From a virus, in the IMG/VR virus record IMGVR_UViG_3300027976_000007, positions 1 through 64,000 of that record: a stretch of DNA of 64,000 nucleotides; one strand, 5' to 3'. This document shows positions 47,904 through 56,721 of this stretch, in pieces. The notes under the pieces were generated by a model. It did not search any database and was not told where the DNA came from. It was given only the letters and a program-made list of their open reading frames with translations. The position numbers and the translations under genes are program-made. The stretch's first letter is position 1. Every line of letters begins with the position of its first letter.

Positions 47904-48179
47904 TTATTTTGAAATTTCATCTACATCTACATTAATGTGTATTCCTAACTCCTTTAATTGTTCCGGTGATAATGGTTTTACGAGTGAGGGTTGATGTTGT
48001 TTAGGATATTCTCTTTTTAGTGGATCTTTCTTAAAGAAAAATCCTGTTATATCCGCATATCGAAGAAGTTCTTTATCTCCCTCTATAATGGTATTTCCTG
48101 ATTTTGCTTTAAGCATTACAATCTTAAATCCTAATTTATTTGTAAGCCATTTGATAAATAGTAAAGATAATCTTTCCAT
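47904..48179 (-). CDS. Hypothetical protein
   Basis: 91-aa ORF. Confidence 0.65.
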   Translation of the reverse strand: MERLSLLFIKWLTNKLGFKIVMLKAKSGNTIIEGDKELLRYADITGFFFKKDPLKREYPKQHQPSLVKPLSPEQLKELGIHINVDVDEISK

Positions 48180-48235
48180 AACTTTTATTTTTAAAATTTA
48201 TAATTTTTATATGTTAGTTTATTAATCTTATATCA

Positions 48236-48781
48236 TTATACAGCTGCAAATCTTACTATGCATCCTGTATGTTCAACTGGTCTATACTCTTCAGGATTAT
48301 CCAATACTTTTTCTAACATATCACGAATCATTTGTTTATCATCTTCATATGTTCTTTGTGGAGCCTCAATATCTTGAGGAAAGTCAGGTGACCAAGTTAG
48401 AGTAATACTTTGTTTAGGTTTATATGTTTCTGGATTGTAAGTGGTGGGGGCAAATACACATCCATCTTTTACTGGGGTATATATTGTATCCGACTCATAC
48501 ATTTTTGGAGTAAACATTAAAGTATAGATGTATCCTACTTTATGTTTATAAGTTGGGTTATCTGTATCTGATATTTTTATTGATTTTATAACAATTGGGG
48601 TTGATTTATCTTCTGTTAGTCCACCCTGAGATTTCATCCAAACAATTTTATCGAATTCAAAGTGTTTAATAAGTTCTGCCTCTACTTGTATGAGTTGTTC
48701 TTCGGTTAAGTTGTTAATACTCAAGGCGTCCATAGAGTAACCGCAAATATCTACTAGTTTTTCTGTTAAATTTGATTTCAT
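48236..48781 (-). CDS. Hypothetical protein, paralog of 42982-43527
   Basis: High similarity to 42982-43527. Confidence 0.8.
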   Translation of the reverse strand: MKSNLTEKLVDICGYSMDALSINNLTEEQLIQVEAELIKHFEFDKIVWMKSQGGLTEDKSTPIVIKSIKISDTDNPTYKHKVGYIYTLMFTPKMYESDTIYTPVKDGCVFAPTTYNPETYKPKQSITLTWSPDFPQDIEAPQRTYEDDKQMIRDMLEKVLDNPEEYRPVEHTGCIVRFAAV

Positions 48782-48856
48782 GATTTCATGATTTCATGAT
48801 TTTATTATTTTTATTATTTTTATTATTTTTATTATTTTTATTATTTTTATTATTTT
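48774..48856. repeat. Short tandem repeats (GATTTCAT) x3 and (TTTTTATTA) x ~6 over a start codon and 5' UTR
   Basis: Read directly. Confidence 0.85.
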
Positions 48857-48909
48857 AAAATATACTATAAATGTACGAAAGATAATCCGAGTAACCAAAC
48901 CTCCCTTGT

Positions 48910-48996
48910 AGATACCTCGTATTTAATCTTAAGTTTCTCAACACCTAAATCATCTGAGATTTTAGTGTTTAATTTTTCCAGTAATATATTTTTCAT
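48910..48996 (-). pseudogene. Relic of the 5' end of a second SprT-like gene (3' relic at ~49335-49375)
   Basis: Nearly identical to 47760-47844. Confidence 0.75.
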
Positions 48997-49010
48997 TTTC
49001 TTTTATTTAC

Positions 49011-49235
49011 TTAATCCCTAATAATAAATTCATCACCTACAATACAATCTCCATTATCAATAAAATGTAAAATTTTATTTTTCAAACCATCACTTTTATT
49101 ATCACATTCTATAATCTCTTTAGTTAATAAATTCTGAACAACACAACTTTCAACATAACTAGAATGTGTACAATTAAAATGTCCCTTTACTTCTTCTATT
49201 ACATTTTTTACTTCTAATACTTTAAATCTTTCCAT
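49011..49235 (-). CDS. Hypothetical protein
   Basis: Follows promoter 49285-49316. Confidence 0.65.
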   Translation of the reverse strand: MERFKVLEVKNVIEEVKGHFNCTHSSYVESCVVQNLLTKEIIECDNKSDGLKNKILHFIDNGDCIVGDEFIIRD

Positions 49236-49395
49236 AACTTTTATTTTTTAATTATCAATTGGGCTTCTAACCCCTCTTACCCTATGAAGATACGAACCCT
49301 ATTTGAGGTAGTCAAGCTTCCGGTGTATTACTGTTAGATTTTATCAAACAAAAATTCACTAAATAGTTACCCACTTCAATAAAAAATACTAATTT

Positions 49396-50037
49396 TTAAA
49401 TACTACCTATTAAACTTAATTGTTTTTCCCTCCTATATTCAATCTCTTCAATTGCTCCCTCTAATGAAGATGATATATGATTACAACACATAAAAACTTC
49501 TCCATTTGTATTTCTAGCAGCTCTACCTGATACTTGAATTAAACATGATTTAGTACGTAGAAAATTATTTCTACTAGCTTGCTCAACAATAACTAAGGAA
49601 CATTGTTTTACATCAATCCCCTCACGTAACATATTAATACCAATAATAACATTAATTTTACCACTACGTAAATCTCTTAAAATCTCTTTACGTTTATTTT
49701 GTTTTATTTTGAAATGTATAACTTCACTATCAATATTATTGTATGAGAGTAAAATATGAATATCATTAACTGATCTTCTAGATATACAGTTTATAAAAAC
49801 AGTTTCACCTTTTTTTACTATATTTTTAATATCATTAATCATAACATTACTTCCAAAATAATCCCCCTCCTTAAGAGTTAATTTAGGATCTACTATATTA
49901 TTAGGACGGGTTAATAATTCCGAAATATATTCACTATTTTCTAATTCAAATTTTGATGGAGTAGCGGACATATAAGTTATTGTGTTTACTCTATCTTTTA
50001 AATCATCAAAATTTAATATTTGTTCTTTATTTAACAT
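49396..50037 (-). CDS. UvrB-like helicase, C-terminal half, in frame with the upstream thioredoxin
   Basis: MSATP, RP...DP, GINMLREGID and QVSGRAARN motifs. Confidence 0.85.
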   Translation of the reverse strand: MLNKEQILNFDDLKDRVNTITYMSATPSKFELENSEYISELLTRPNNIVDPKLTLKEGDYFGSNVMINDIKNIVKKGETVFINCISRRSVNDIHILLSYNNIDSEVIHFKIKQNKRKEILRDLRSGKINVIIGINMLREGIDVKQCSLVIVEQASRNNFLRTKSCLIQVSGRAARNTNGEVFMCCNHISSSLEGAIEEIEYRREKQLSLIGSI

Positions 50038-50240
50038 TCCTATAGTTCTTTGAATTTCTACTCCATCTTTTAATAGGATTAAACATGGAATATTTTTAAC
50101 GTGATATTTTACACGTAATTGACTTTCTAGATCTACATCTACTCTTGTAAATGATATTTGATTGGAAAGAGAATCCCTGATGGGGCTTAAGGTTTTGCAT
50201 GGTAAACACCAATCTGACGTAAAGTATAATATTTTTTCAT
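50008..50240 (-). pseudogene. Thioredoxin (WCLPC), interrupted near its C-terminus; ATG is 1 nt out of frame in an A-run
   Basis: Translated by hand: ILYFTSDWCLPCKTLSP...VKNIPCLILLKDGVEIQRTIGMLNKEQILNF. Confidence 0.8.
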
Positions 50241-50334
50241 TATATTTTAATATAATTAATATAAGGTATTAAGCCAATTTATCTTTTAAAAGCTCGTGAA
50301 GATATTTCTTTTTCTTTATCGTTTTCCATAATTT

Positions 50335-50943
50335 TCAATTACTTAGTTTCAGTTTTATGTTTGGATGGTTTTCATATCCGTTTAGGTAAAAATCGCTTAT
50401 TTCTAGGTTATTAATAAATTCAACTCCTTTTCTATCTGGGTTCCAGAATTCATCATTTATAACAAGTGTTGGTAAATCGTATGGTTCCCTAGTTAATTGT
50501 TCTTTAAGTCCATCTTTATGATTGTTATAGATATGAGTATCTCCTAAACTGCCAACCAACATATCAGGGACCATATTAACTTCTTTTGCAATTATTGATA
50601 ATAATAAACCATATGAAGCTATGTTATAGGGTAAACCCAACCCAACATCAACTGATCTTTGATTCCATATTAAGGAGATTGCTCTTGTTGGGACACGGTT
50701 AGCTCTCATATCGTCTTCTTCATTCTCTAAACCAGCTTCTAAATGTTCTAAAATGACATTGTTTTGTAGGCACCAATTTCTTCGCTCACCCATAGACAAT
50801 TTTCTTGTATAAACTTGAAATCCATAATGGCATGGTGGTAATACTTGCTTACCTTCAGTTATATTTTTTAATCCATACCTTTTGTTAAATTTAATATTAC
50901 ATTTTAATTCTTTTAAGAATGCTTCTTTATTTAAAGGCTTCAT
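50335..50943 (-). CDS. thyA: Thymidylate synthase, C-terminal subunit
   Basis: LPPCH, QRSVD, PYN and GDTHIY motifs. Confidence 0.92.
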   Translation of the reverse strand: MKPLNKEAFLKELKCNIKFNKRYGLKNITEGKQVLPPCHYGFQVYTRKLSMGERRNWCLQNNVILEHLEAGLENEEDDMRANRVPTRAISLIWNQRSVDVGLGLPYNIASYGLLLSIIAKEVNMVPDMLVGSLGDTHIYNNHKDGLKEQLTREPYDLPTLVINDEFWNPDRKGVEFINNLEISDFYLNGYENHPNIKLKLSN

Positions 50944-50963
50944 ATATTTTATATTTTTAAAAT

Positions 50964-51596
50964 TTATTGCTTTTTTGATTGGGTAAAATCTTTTAAATAT
51001 ATTTGATAAAGTTCATCAGATGTTCTATTATCTGTTACGGGTAAATCCGCGGGGTTCCATGCCGATACTAACATCCTACGAGAATCTGGATTGGTTCTTA
51101 GTTCGTGTATTATGTCGGAGATCTGATCTATTGAATCCTTTATTGTAAGGGAATACGCTTTATTTTGAATGGCAGGATGGTTTGTGTCAAAACGTATATT
51201 CCAATTCCTCCATTGTTTACCATATATGGGACCTAGTTCCCCCCACTTCTTTGCGAATTCGATATTAGTTTTTATCTCATGTATAAATTCTTTTCTAGTA
51301 AGTGGTTTACCATCCTTTAGATAATTAGAGAAGCAATCCCCCACCCAAATATTATTCCCATTCTCCACCAAGTATTTAATGTTCGTGTCACCTCTCAAAA
51401 ACCAAATAAGTTCTGATACAATGTTCTCAAAATTGATTTCCTTTGTTGTAAGTATAGGAAATCCATCTTTCATGTTATGTGTTATATGCATACCAAATAT
51501 GCTGGAAGTTCCGGTCCCCGTCCTATCTGATTTATCGTAACCATTCAATAGAATATGTTCTACTAAATCTAGATATTGTTTGTCTAGTTTATTCAA
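50964..51596 (-). CDS. thyA: Thymidylate synthase, N-terminal subunit
   Basis: DRTGTGT, FPILTTK, ELIWF, LGPIYG.QWR and DSRR...SAWN motifs. Confidence 0.92.
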   Translation of the reverse strand: MNKLDKQYLDLVEHILLNGYDKSDRTGTGTSSIFGMHITHNMKDGFPILTTKEINFENIVSELIWFLRGDTNIKYLVENGNNIWVGDCFSNYLKDGKPLTRKEFIHEIKTNIEFAKKWGELGPIYGKQWRNWNIRFDTNHPAIQNKAYSLTIKDSIDQISDIIHELRTNPDSRRMLVSAWNPADLPVTDNRTSDELYQIYLKDFTQSKKQ

Positions 51597-51925
51597 AATC
51601 CTTTAAAAATTTCAGGTTCATTTTTCATCTTTTTATCAAACTCCTTTCTAATCTTTTCATTCCAAGGTCTATTTATACGAGTTAACTCATTTGCTACTAA
51701 TAGCAAGTTATGTTCAGTCCAATAACCACTATTTAAGCCCCTCGCATAATAGAACCCATCAACATCCATTACAAACTCACAAAGGGTTTTTCTGTTTTCA
51801 TAAACCACCTCATAAGTATGAAGATTTATAGGTTTTAGAGATAGATCTGATTTTTTAGTTGGAGATGGTGAAGGAACAGAACCTTTTAGAGGGTCATTAG
51901 AAGGTTTGATGTTAATCTTACTCAT
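51593..51925 (-). CDS. Hypothetical protein
   Basis: 110-aa coupled ORF. Confidence 0.65.
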   Translation of the reverse strand: MSKINIKPSNDPLKGSVPSPSPTKKSDLSLKPINLHTYEVVYENRKTLCEFVMDVDGFYYARGLNSGYWTEHNLLLVANELTRINRPWNEKIRKEFDKKMKNEPEIFKGF

Positions 51926-52802
51926 ATATTTTTTTAAACATTTTAAAAGTTTTTTCTTGAAGGTGGTTCTTAAGAACTTCCATCACATGGTTCTTTGCAG
52001 TTTCCCATTTAACCGGTCCATTTTGGTCGGCATAAAGTGTTGGGTCTTTTTTATCTAATTTTATAAAAGCTTCAATCCTCTCGACACTAGAAGCGGATTT
52101 ATAGTCACTATAAACTTTCCCTTCTATTGTTATTGGTTTATAAGAGGTTATAGTTCTTTTATAAATTTCTTTGAATTTTAAACCTAATTCTTCACATAAC
52201 CTAACACCATCCTTTAAGATATCTATTTTCATCCCTTCAAGATAAGGGGTAAAATATTTTACGTTTTCCCAATTCCAATTTCCTAATCTGAAAGCTTTTT
52301 GGTCTGCATCTCTGAATTCAGGTCTACAGTCTGGGTATATATTAAAATCTCCAGCATGGATCCCCATTGCTATATCACAACATTCTTCCGTTTCATTAGC
52401 TATGGATAAAGCTATAGATTGTATTATAGATGAGAATAATTTATTTCGGTTAGGAACAACAGTTTCTTTCATGTTAGACTGTTCATAATGACCTTCTGGT
52501 ACTTCTGTTCCTCCTTCTATTAACCCACTAACCAAAAGTTCGGATAGGCCTTTTAATTCTATTACACGATGTTTAGTTTGAGGATAGTTGATTGTTACTT
52601 TTGAAGGTGTAATAAAACTCCTATGAGGATTCAAATTTAAATATTCTACTAGTTCCCTAGCTTTATTTAATTCCTCTTTATGTTTTTGACCATAGTCAAA
52701 TGAAACACAAACTATATTTTCATATTCATTTAAACATCTAAGTAACAAGGTGCTAGAATCCATCCCTCCGGAGAGTGAAAGTACTACATTTTTCTTTTTC
52801 AT
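51918..52802 (-). CDS. queC: 7-cyano-7-deazaguanine synthase
   Basis: SGGMDS, FDYGQKH, VPNRN and YPDCRPEF motifs. Confidence 0.95.
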   Translation of the reverse strand: MKKKNVVLSLSGGMDSSTLLLRCLNEYENIVCVSFDYGQKHKEELNKARELVEYLNLNPHRSFITPSKVTINYPQTKHRVIELKGLSELLVSGLIEGGTEVPEGHYEQSNMKETVVPNRNKLFSSIIQSIALSIANETEECCDIAMGIHAGDFNIYPDCRPEFRDADQKAFRLGNWNWENVKYFTPYLEGMKIDILKDGVRLCEELGLKFKEIYKRTITSYKPITIEGKVYSDYKSASSVERIEAFIKLDKKDPTLYADQNGPVKWETAKNHVMEVLKNHLQEKTFKMFKKIYE

Positions 52803-52987
52803 ATTTTGGATTTGTTTGAAATTATTTCTAAAGCCTCTTCCCTATCTTTAGATAGGAAGGGTTCTATAACTCTCCAAACAAAAGGAGATTCATAAGCCTC
52901 TTCTAAGTCTCTTTTGTCAAGGTATCTTTTGGTTTGTATACTACCATTTTTATGAATATAACCCCACCATAAATTTTCAGTATTCAT
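52799..52987 (-). CDS. Hypothetical protein
   Basis: Coupled 62-aa ORF. Confidence 0.65.
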   Translation of the reverse strand: MNTENLWWGYIHKNGSIQTKRYLDKRDLEEAYESPFVWRVIEPFLSKDREEALEIISNKSKI

Positions 52988-53175
52988 AATCTGTCGGATA
53001 TTTTTTTTATTAATTCTTCCTCTTCTAGGGTTAATAGGTGTCTATTATCTGCTAATATATATATAATATTTTCCCATTCCAAATCTATCCAACCCATTCT
53101 TCGAGAGTTTGAATATATTATTTTTTTAACATAAGGATGCATTGTTCGTGTAAATTCTTTTCTGTTTAATCTCAT
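52984..53175 (-). CDS. Hypothetical protein
   Basis: Coupled 63-aa ORF. Confidence 0.6.
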   Translation of the reverse strand: MRLNRKEFTRTMHPYVKKIIYSNSRRMGWIDLEWENIIYILADNRHLLTLEEEELIKKISDRL

Positions 53176-53957
53176 CTTATTATTTGTTTAAAAAGATCTA
53201 TATTATGATATAATAATGGTAAATTAATATCATTTTTATCAATTTCAAAACTTAGGTTTAAATTAGATAAAGGTTTTTTAAATAAACCCATAGGACCATA
53301 AATTAATCCCTCTATGGAAGCCATAATAGGGTTGGAAGTATCTATACTTTCAATATTATATTCAACACCCCTATATAAACCAAATTCAAAAGCACAATAT
53401 GTTCCTAAAAGGTGAATCCTATCTCCTTTTTTTATAGTACCATTTAAATACAACCTATTAAGAAGATAATTTCTCCCTAAAACCCCTCCTATCGATCTAT
53501 TAGCATGAGGAAATAGACTGTTATAATAAGAACTACCATAAGGGAATGCTATTTTCTCATATCCCACTTTTTTATATTCTTGGTAACAAATCTCAGCCTC
53601 ATTTAAAGTATTGGCTTGAATTATAGCTATAGGAGTTGTTTCTACAGGGTAGGCTTTTCTGCTCCATTCTAAAGCATTTTTTAGAGTCTCATTAGCGTTT
53701 CCCCATACATCAGGAACAAAAACATGTTCTGGTTTTAGTTTTTCTATCCATTTCAATAAAATATCTCCCCCTACCGCTGTTCCTAACTCGTGTAGACTAT
53801 TATCTAAATATATAGGGATTCCTTCTTCTTTACATTGGAGGAAATGTTGTTCATATTCCTTATCTTTTTCTAAGAGATGGACTAAAGCATATTGATAGTC
53901 ATTAAATTTTTTGCTTTCTTCAAGGAGGCATCTTGGAACTTCATGGGATATTTTCAT
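53172..53957 (-). CDS. TGT-fold transglycosylase (DpdA-like)
   Basis: LDNS, PD, IHLLG and SIDTS motifs; co-located with queC. Confidence 0.7.
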   Translation of the reverse strand: MKISHEVPRCLLEESKKFNDYQYALVHLLEKDKEYEQHFLQCKEEGIPIYLDNSLHELGTAVGGDILLKWIEKLKPEHVFVPDVWGNANETLKNALEWSRKAYPVETTPIAIIQANTLNEAEICYQEYKKVGYEKIAFPYGSSYYNSLFPHANRSIGGVLGRNYLLNRLYLNGTIKKGDRIHLLGTYCAFEFGLYRGVEYNIESIDTSNPIMASIEGLIYGPMGLFKKPLSNLNLSFEIDKNDINLPLLYHNIDLFKQIIR

Positions 53958-54529
53958 GGTATGTATAAATTTGTTGGGTTGTCTTTATGAATCTCAATAT
54001 CGGGGTATGTTTTTTTGAAATAATCTACCCTAAATGGAGAGGTTATTATATGGATGCCGTTTAATGATGGTATTTCAACATAGACTTCACCACCAAGTGT
54101 TTCGATATACTCTATGATTGTGGATGCTCTCAATACATCAGCAGGTTCATCAATATCAACTATCCATTTTCTAACCTTCTCTGAATGATGGTTGCCTGCA
54201 ACTTTGTCATGGACTTTCCTAAGAGCTTTGTATTGACCATCTCTTATTAGTTCTGTTGTTTTAACCATAACCTCTAGGGATAAATCCTTGAAGTTTCTTC
54301 TGTTGAGTCTTATATAGGCTCTACAATTTGAAACATTACAAAATATGATGATTTCTTCCATACATTCCTTCAATTTCTCAAGTGAAGTTATATTGTATTT
54401 CTTGATAATATTCAGATTTCTTGAGATTGAAGGATTTTCCTTCCTTCTCTGAATAAGTTCAATTATATAGAAATCGTTAACATCCGAAAAATTAAGTAAT
54501 GGTTCTATTAGTTCAAAATTATTAGTCAT
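53954..54529 (-). CDS. Conserved phage protein, possibly AEP/PrimPol-like fold
   Basis: IVDID and PSLNGIH motifs. Confidence 0.45.
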   Translation of the reverse strand: MTNNFELIEPLLNFSDVNDFYIIELIQRRKENPSISRNLNIIKKYNITSLEKLKECMEEIIIFCNVSNCRAYIRLNRRNFKDLSLEVMVKTTELIRDGQYKALRKVHDKVAGNHHSEKVRKWIVDIDEPADVLRASTIIEYIETLGGEVYVEIPSLNGIHIITSPFRVDYFKKTYPDIEIHKDNPTNLYIP

Positions 54530-54850
54530 CTTTTTTAAATTTAAAATAGACAGCTTTGATATTCATTAACATCATATTAAAATCAATCCCCATTTCCCCA
54601 AAAAGAAATACCAAAACATTAGGGTGAGATTCCCCACATATTCCTAGAAAATGCATCATAAATTCAATCATTGTTTAAGTTTTATTTCAAAAAGTTTGTT
54701 AAAGATTTTCACTCCTAATTTTTTCCTTTCCATAAAGATCCTCTCAGCATCTAAATAGTTAGAGGCATTACAAGAGTCAATAGGCTCTCGTTTGCTATCA
54801 TTCCGGGAATAATATATGTAGTTTTTGAAACTCATAATTTATTTATAATA

Positions 54851-54882
54851 TAAATATAACATCCTTATCCTGGAAGGCCAAA
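54851..54882 (-). promoter_or_regulatory. Bacteroidota-type promoter
   Basis: TTTGGCCTTCCAGGATAAGGATGTTATATTTA. Confidence 0.85.
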
Positions 54883-54888
54883 CATTTT

Positions 54889-55902
54889 TTAGTTGTAGGT
54901 TTTACCTGAAGAGAAATCATCCTTTTTGGATTTTTCTCTAGCGATTTTATTTTTCCTCCAACCCGATAAAGAAGGATCTATATATTCCTCTTCCTTTACT
55001 TTTTTAGGGGTTATAGTTGGGGGTTCAGGTTTAGGTTTTTTTTTTAGGAGGGGGGGGTCTGTTGAGGTAGGAGGGGTTATTATCTCCTCTCCCTGCAAGT
55101 TTGTTTTAATTTTAATTTGGGAGAAGGCAAAGTTAGCCGCTAATATTAAAGCAATGGCTAGAGGGTCAAACACAAATATTATAATTAATAACAACCAGTT
55201 TATAACTTGGTTCATCCCCATCCCTGTTAATTCTGCTAAATATTTTAGGGGGCCTAATTCTGAGGTTATTCCATTATTAGTTTTAATATCCATAACTTGA
55301 GAATTCAAAGAAAATATTTCAGAATTTATTTCATCTATCTTGATATTAAGTTGAGATTGCCTTTCAAAAGATTGAGTTAACTGTTTTTCTAATGATGTCC
55401 TTGTTGAACTTGAAGTAGTATTTATTATATTTCCTTGTTTATCCTTATATTGGATTTTATTGTTTGATAACCCCCCTCTTAAAGAAGATACACCTTCATC
55501 TATTGAGGTTTTTTCTTGGGTATATAATACTAATTGAGATTGAAAATTTTCTTTTTTGTTTTCTAAAAGTTCTATTTGGAAATCTACATTTTGATCCTTA
55601 TTTGCTACCTCCTGGTAAGCACTACTAAGATATCCATAGATGCCTATAGAGGTGATTCCCATTAATATTACAGTAGCCATTATTAAATAATATTTTAAAA
55701 ATGAAGGAATGGTTTTTCTGTAAGTGTATAAGAGGGAAGCTGCTACAAGTTTTGAGAATTCAAGAGATCCAGCCATTATCATTACTGTAAGAGAGGCACC
55801 GGCAAACAGTTTAGAAAGACCTATAACTGAATATAAGGCAGCAGAAATGGAGATAGATAAACCTGAGAGAAGAATTAGAATTGGTAATATATACTTTTTC
55901 AT
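54889..55902 (-). CDS. Multi-TM coiled-coil membrane protein
   Basis: N-terminal TM helices; ELGPLKYLA and IFVFDPLA motifs. Confidence 0.75.
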   Translation of the reverse strand: MKKYILPILILLSGLSISISAALYSVIGLSKLFAGASLTVMIMAGSLEFSKLVAASLLYTYRKTIPSFLKYYLIMATVILMGITSIGIYGYLSSAYQEVANKDQNVDFQIELLENKKENFQSQLVLYTQEKTSIDEGVSSLRGGLSNNKIQYKDKQGNIINTTSSSTRTSLEKQLTQSFERQSQLNIKIDEINSEIFSLNSQVMDIKTNNGITSELGPLKYLAELTGMGMNQVINWLLLIIIFVFDPLAIALILAANFAFSQIKIKTNLQGEEIITPPTSTDPPLLKKKPKPEPPTITPKKVKEEEYIDPSLSGWRKNKIAREKSKKDDFSSGKTYN

Positions 55903-56444
55903 TATGGGGTTTGTATTAATTGGTATATTTTAATACCACAATAAGTTCCTACTAGGAAACTTCCTGTTCCTATGAGAACTATGGTTATATTTTTGTTTTT
56001 GTTTTTCTTGTCAAATTTTTCGGCAAGTTCTATTCCTTTAACCCACCCCGATTGAGTGTTCTTAAGATATTTAGAACCATATAGTAAATAATTTTCTAAT
56101 ACTTCAGTATTACCTAAGAGGGTATCTATAAGGGCTATATTTTTACTGTTAGCTTCTACAAATTCTAATAAACTTCCTTTGTAATATTCAGAATATCCTT
56201 GGTTTATCAAAAGTTGTTCTTCTTGAAGGGGGGTAAAGACAACCATCTTCCGTCCATTTAAGGTAATTCTTTCTGGCATGAGAGAATAATCTATAGGGTA
56301 GTAATTTATTACTATAGCCCCTATAGTATCATTCCTTTGGGGTAAGGGTGTAGTTGGGAGAAGTTGAGATTTTTGCCCAAAGAGCGTCACGTTCCCTATC
56401 AGAATAAGAACCAATGTTATTAATATCTTTCTTAAGAATGTCAT
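55902..56444 (-). CDS. Spanin-like lysis protein
   Basis: Signal peptide plus C-terminal hydrophobic helix; overlaps 56329-56721. Confidence 0.5.
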   Translation of the reverse strand: MTFLRKILITLVLILIGNVTLFGQKSQLLPTTPLPQRNDTIGAIVINYYPIDYSLMPERITLNGRKMVVFTPLQEEQLLINQGYSEYYKGSLLEFVEANSKNIALIDTLLGNTEVLENYLLYGSKYLKNTQSGWVKGIELAEKFDKKNKNKNITIVLIGTGSFLVGTYCGIKIYQLIQTP

Positions 56445-56721
56445 TTCTTTTCTTTTGAGTTTGTTTAATTGAAGATTGTATTTCGGAGTTTTGGTCTTTG
56501 ACAGAAATAGATAAATCCTCTGAAGTTTTTAATATACTATCAACTTCATATATCCATTTAGAATTTATTTCTATCTGATTATTCAGTTCTTGGATTTGGT
56601 CTTGAAGTTTTGAGGATTGAGGTTTGGGAGATAAATATGACCATCCTGTAAAGATTATAATCCCTATAATTATTAACCGTATTTCAATGGGTATTTTATA
56701 ATACCAATTATTACTTGTCAT
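56329..56721 (-). CDS. i-spanin-like protein
   Basis: N-terminal TM plus coiled coil; follows the endolysin. Confidence 0.55.
   Translation of the reverse strand: MTSNNWYYKIPIEIRLIIIGIIIFTGWSYLSPKPQSSKLQDQIQELNNQIEINSKWIYEVDSILKTSEDLSISVKDQNSEIQSSIKQTQKKRNDILKKDINNIGSYSDRERDALWAKISTSPNYTLTPKE

Larger units (their letters stand above)
45354..50018. mobile_element. Putative integrated circle (4654 bp) bounded by 11-bp direct repeats AAAATTTAATA
   Basis: Repeats at 45354-45364 and 50008-50018; excision would rejoin uvrB in frame and restore the thioredoxin C-terminus. Confidence 0.65.

Noticed and set aside
50944-50963. Group I intron or split intein in thyA (and at the PolB split)
   Set aside because: Gaps are only 20 nt and 2 nt, and there are no intein terminal motifs
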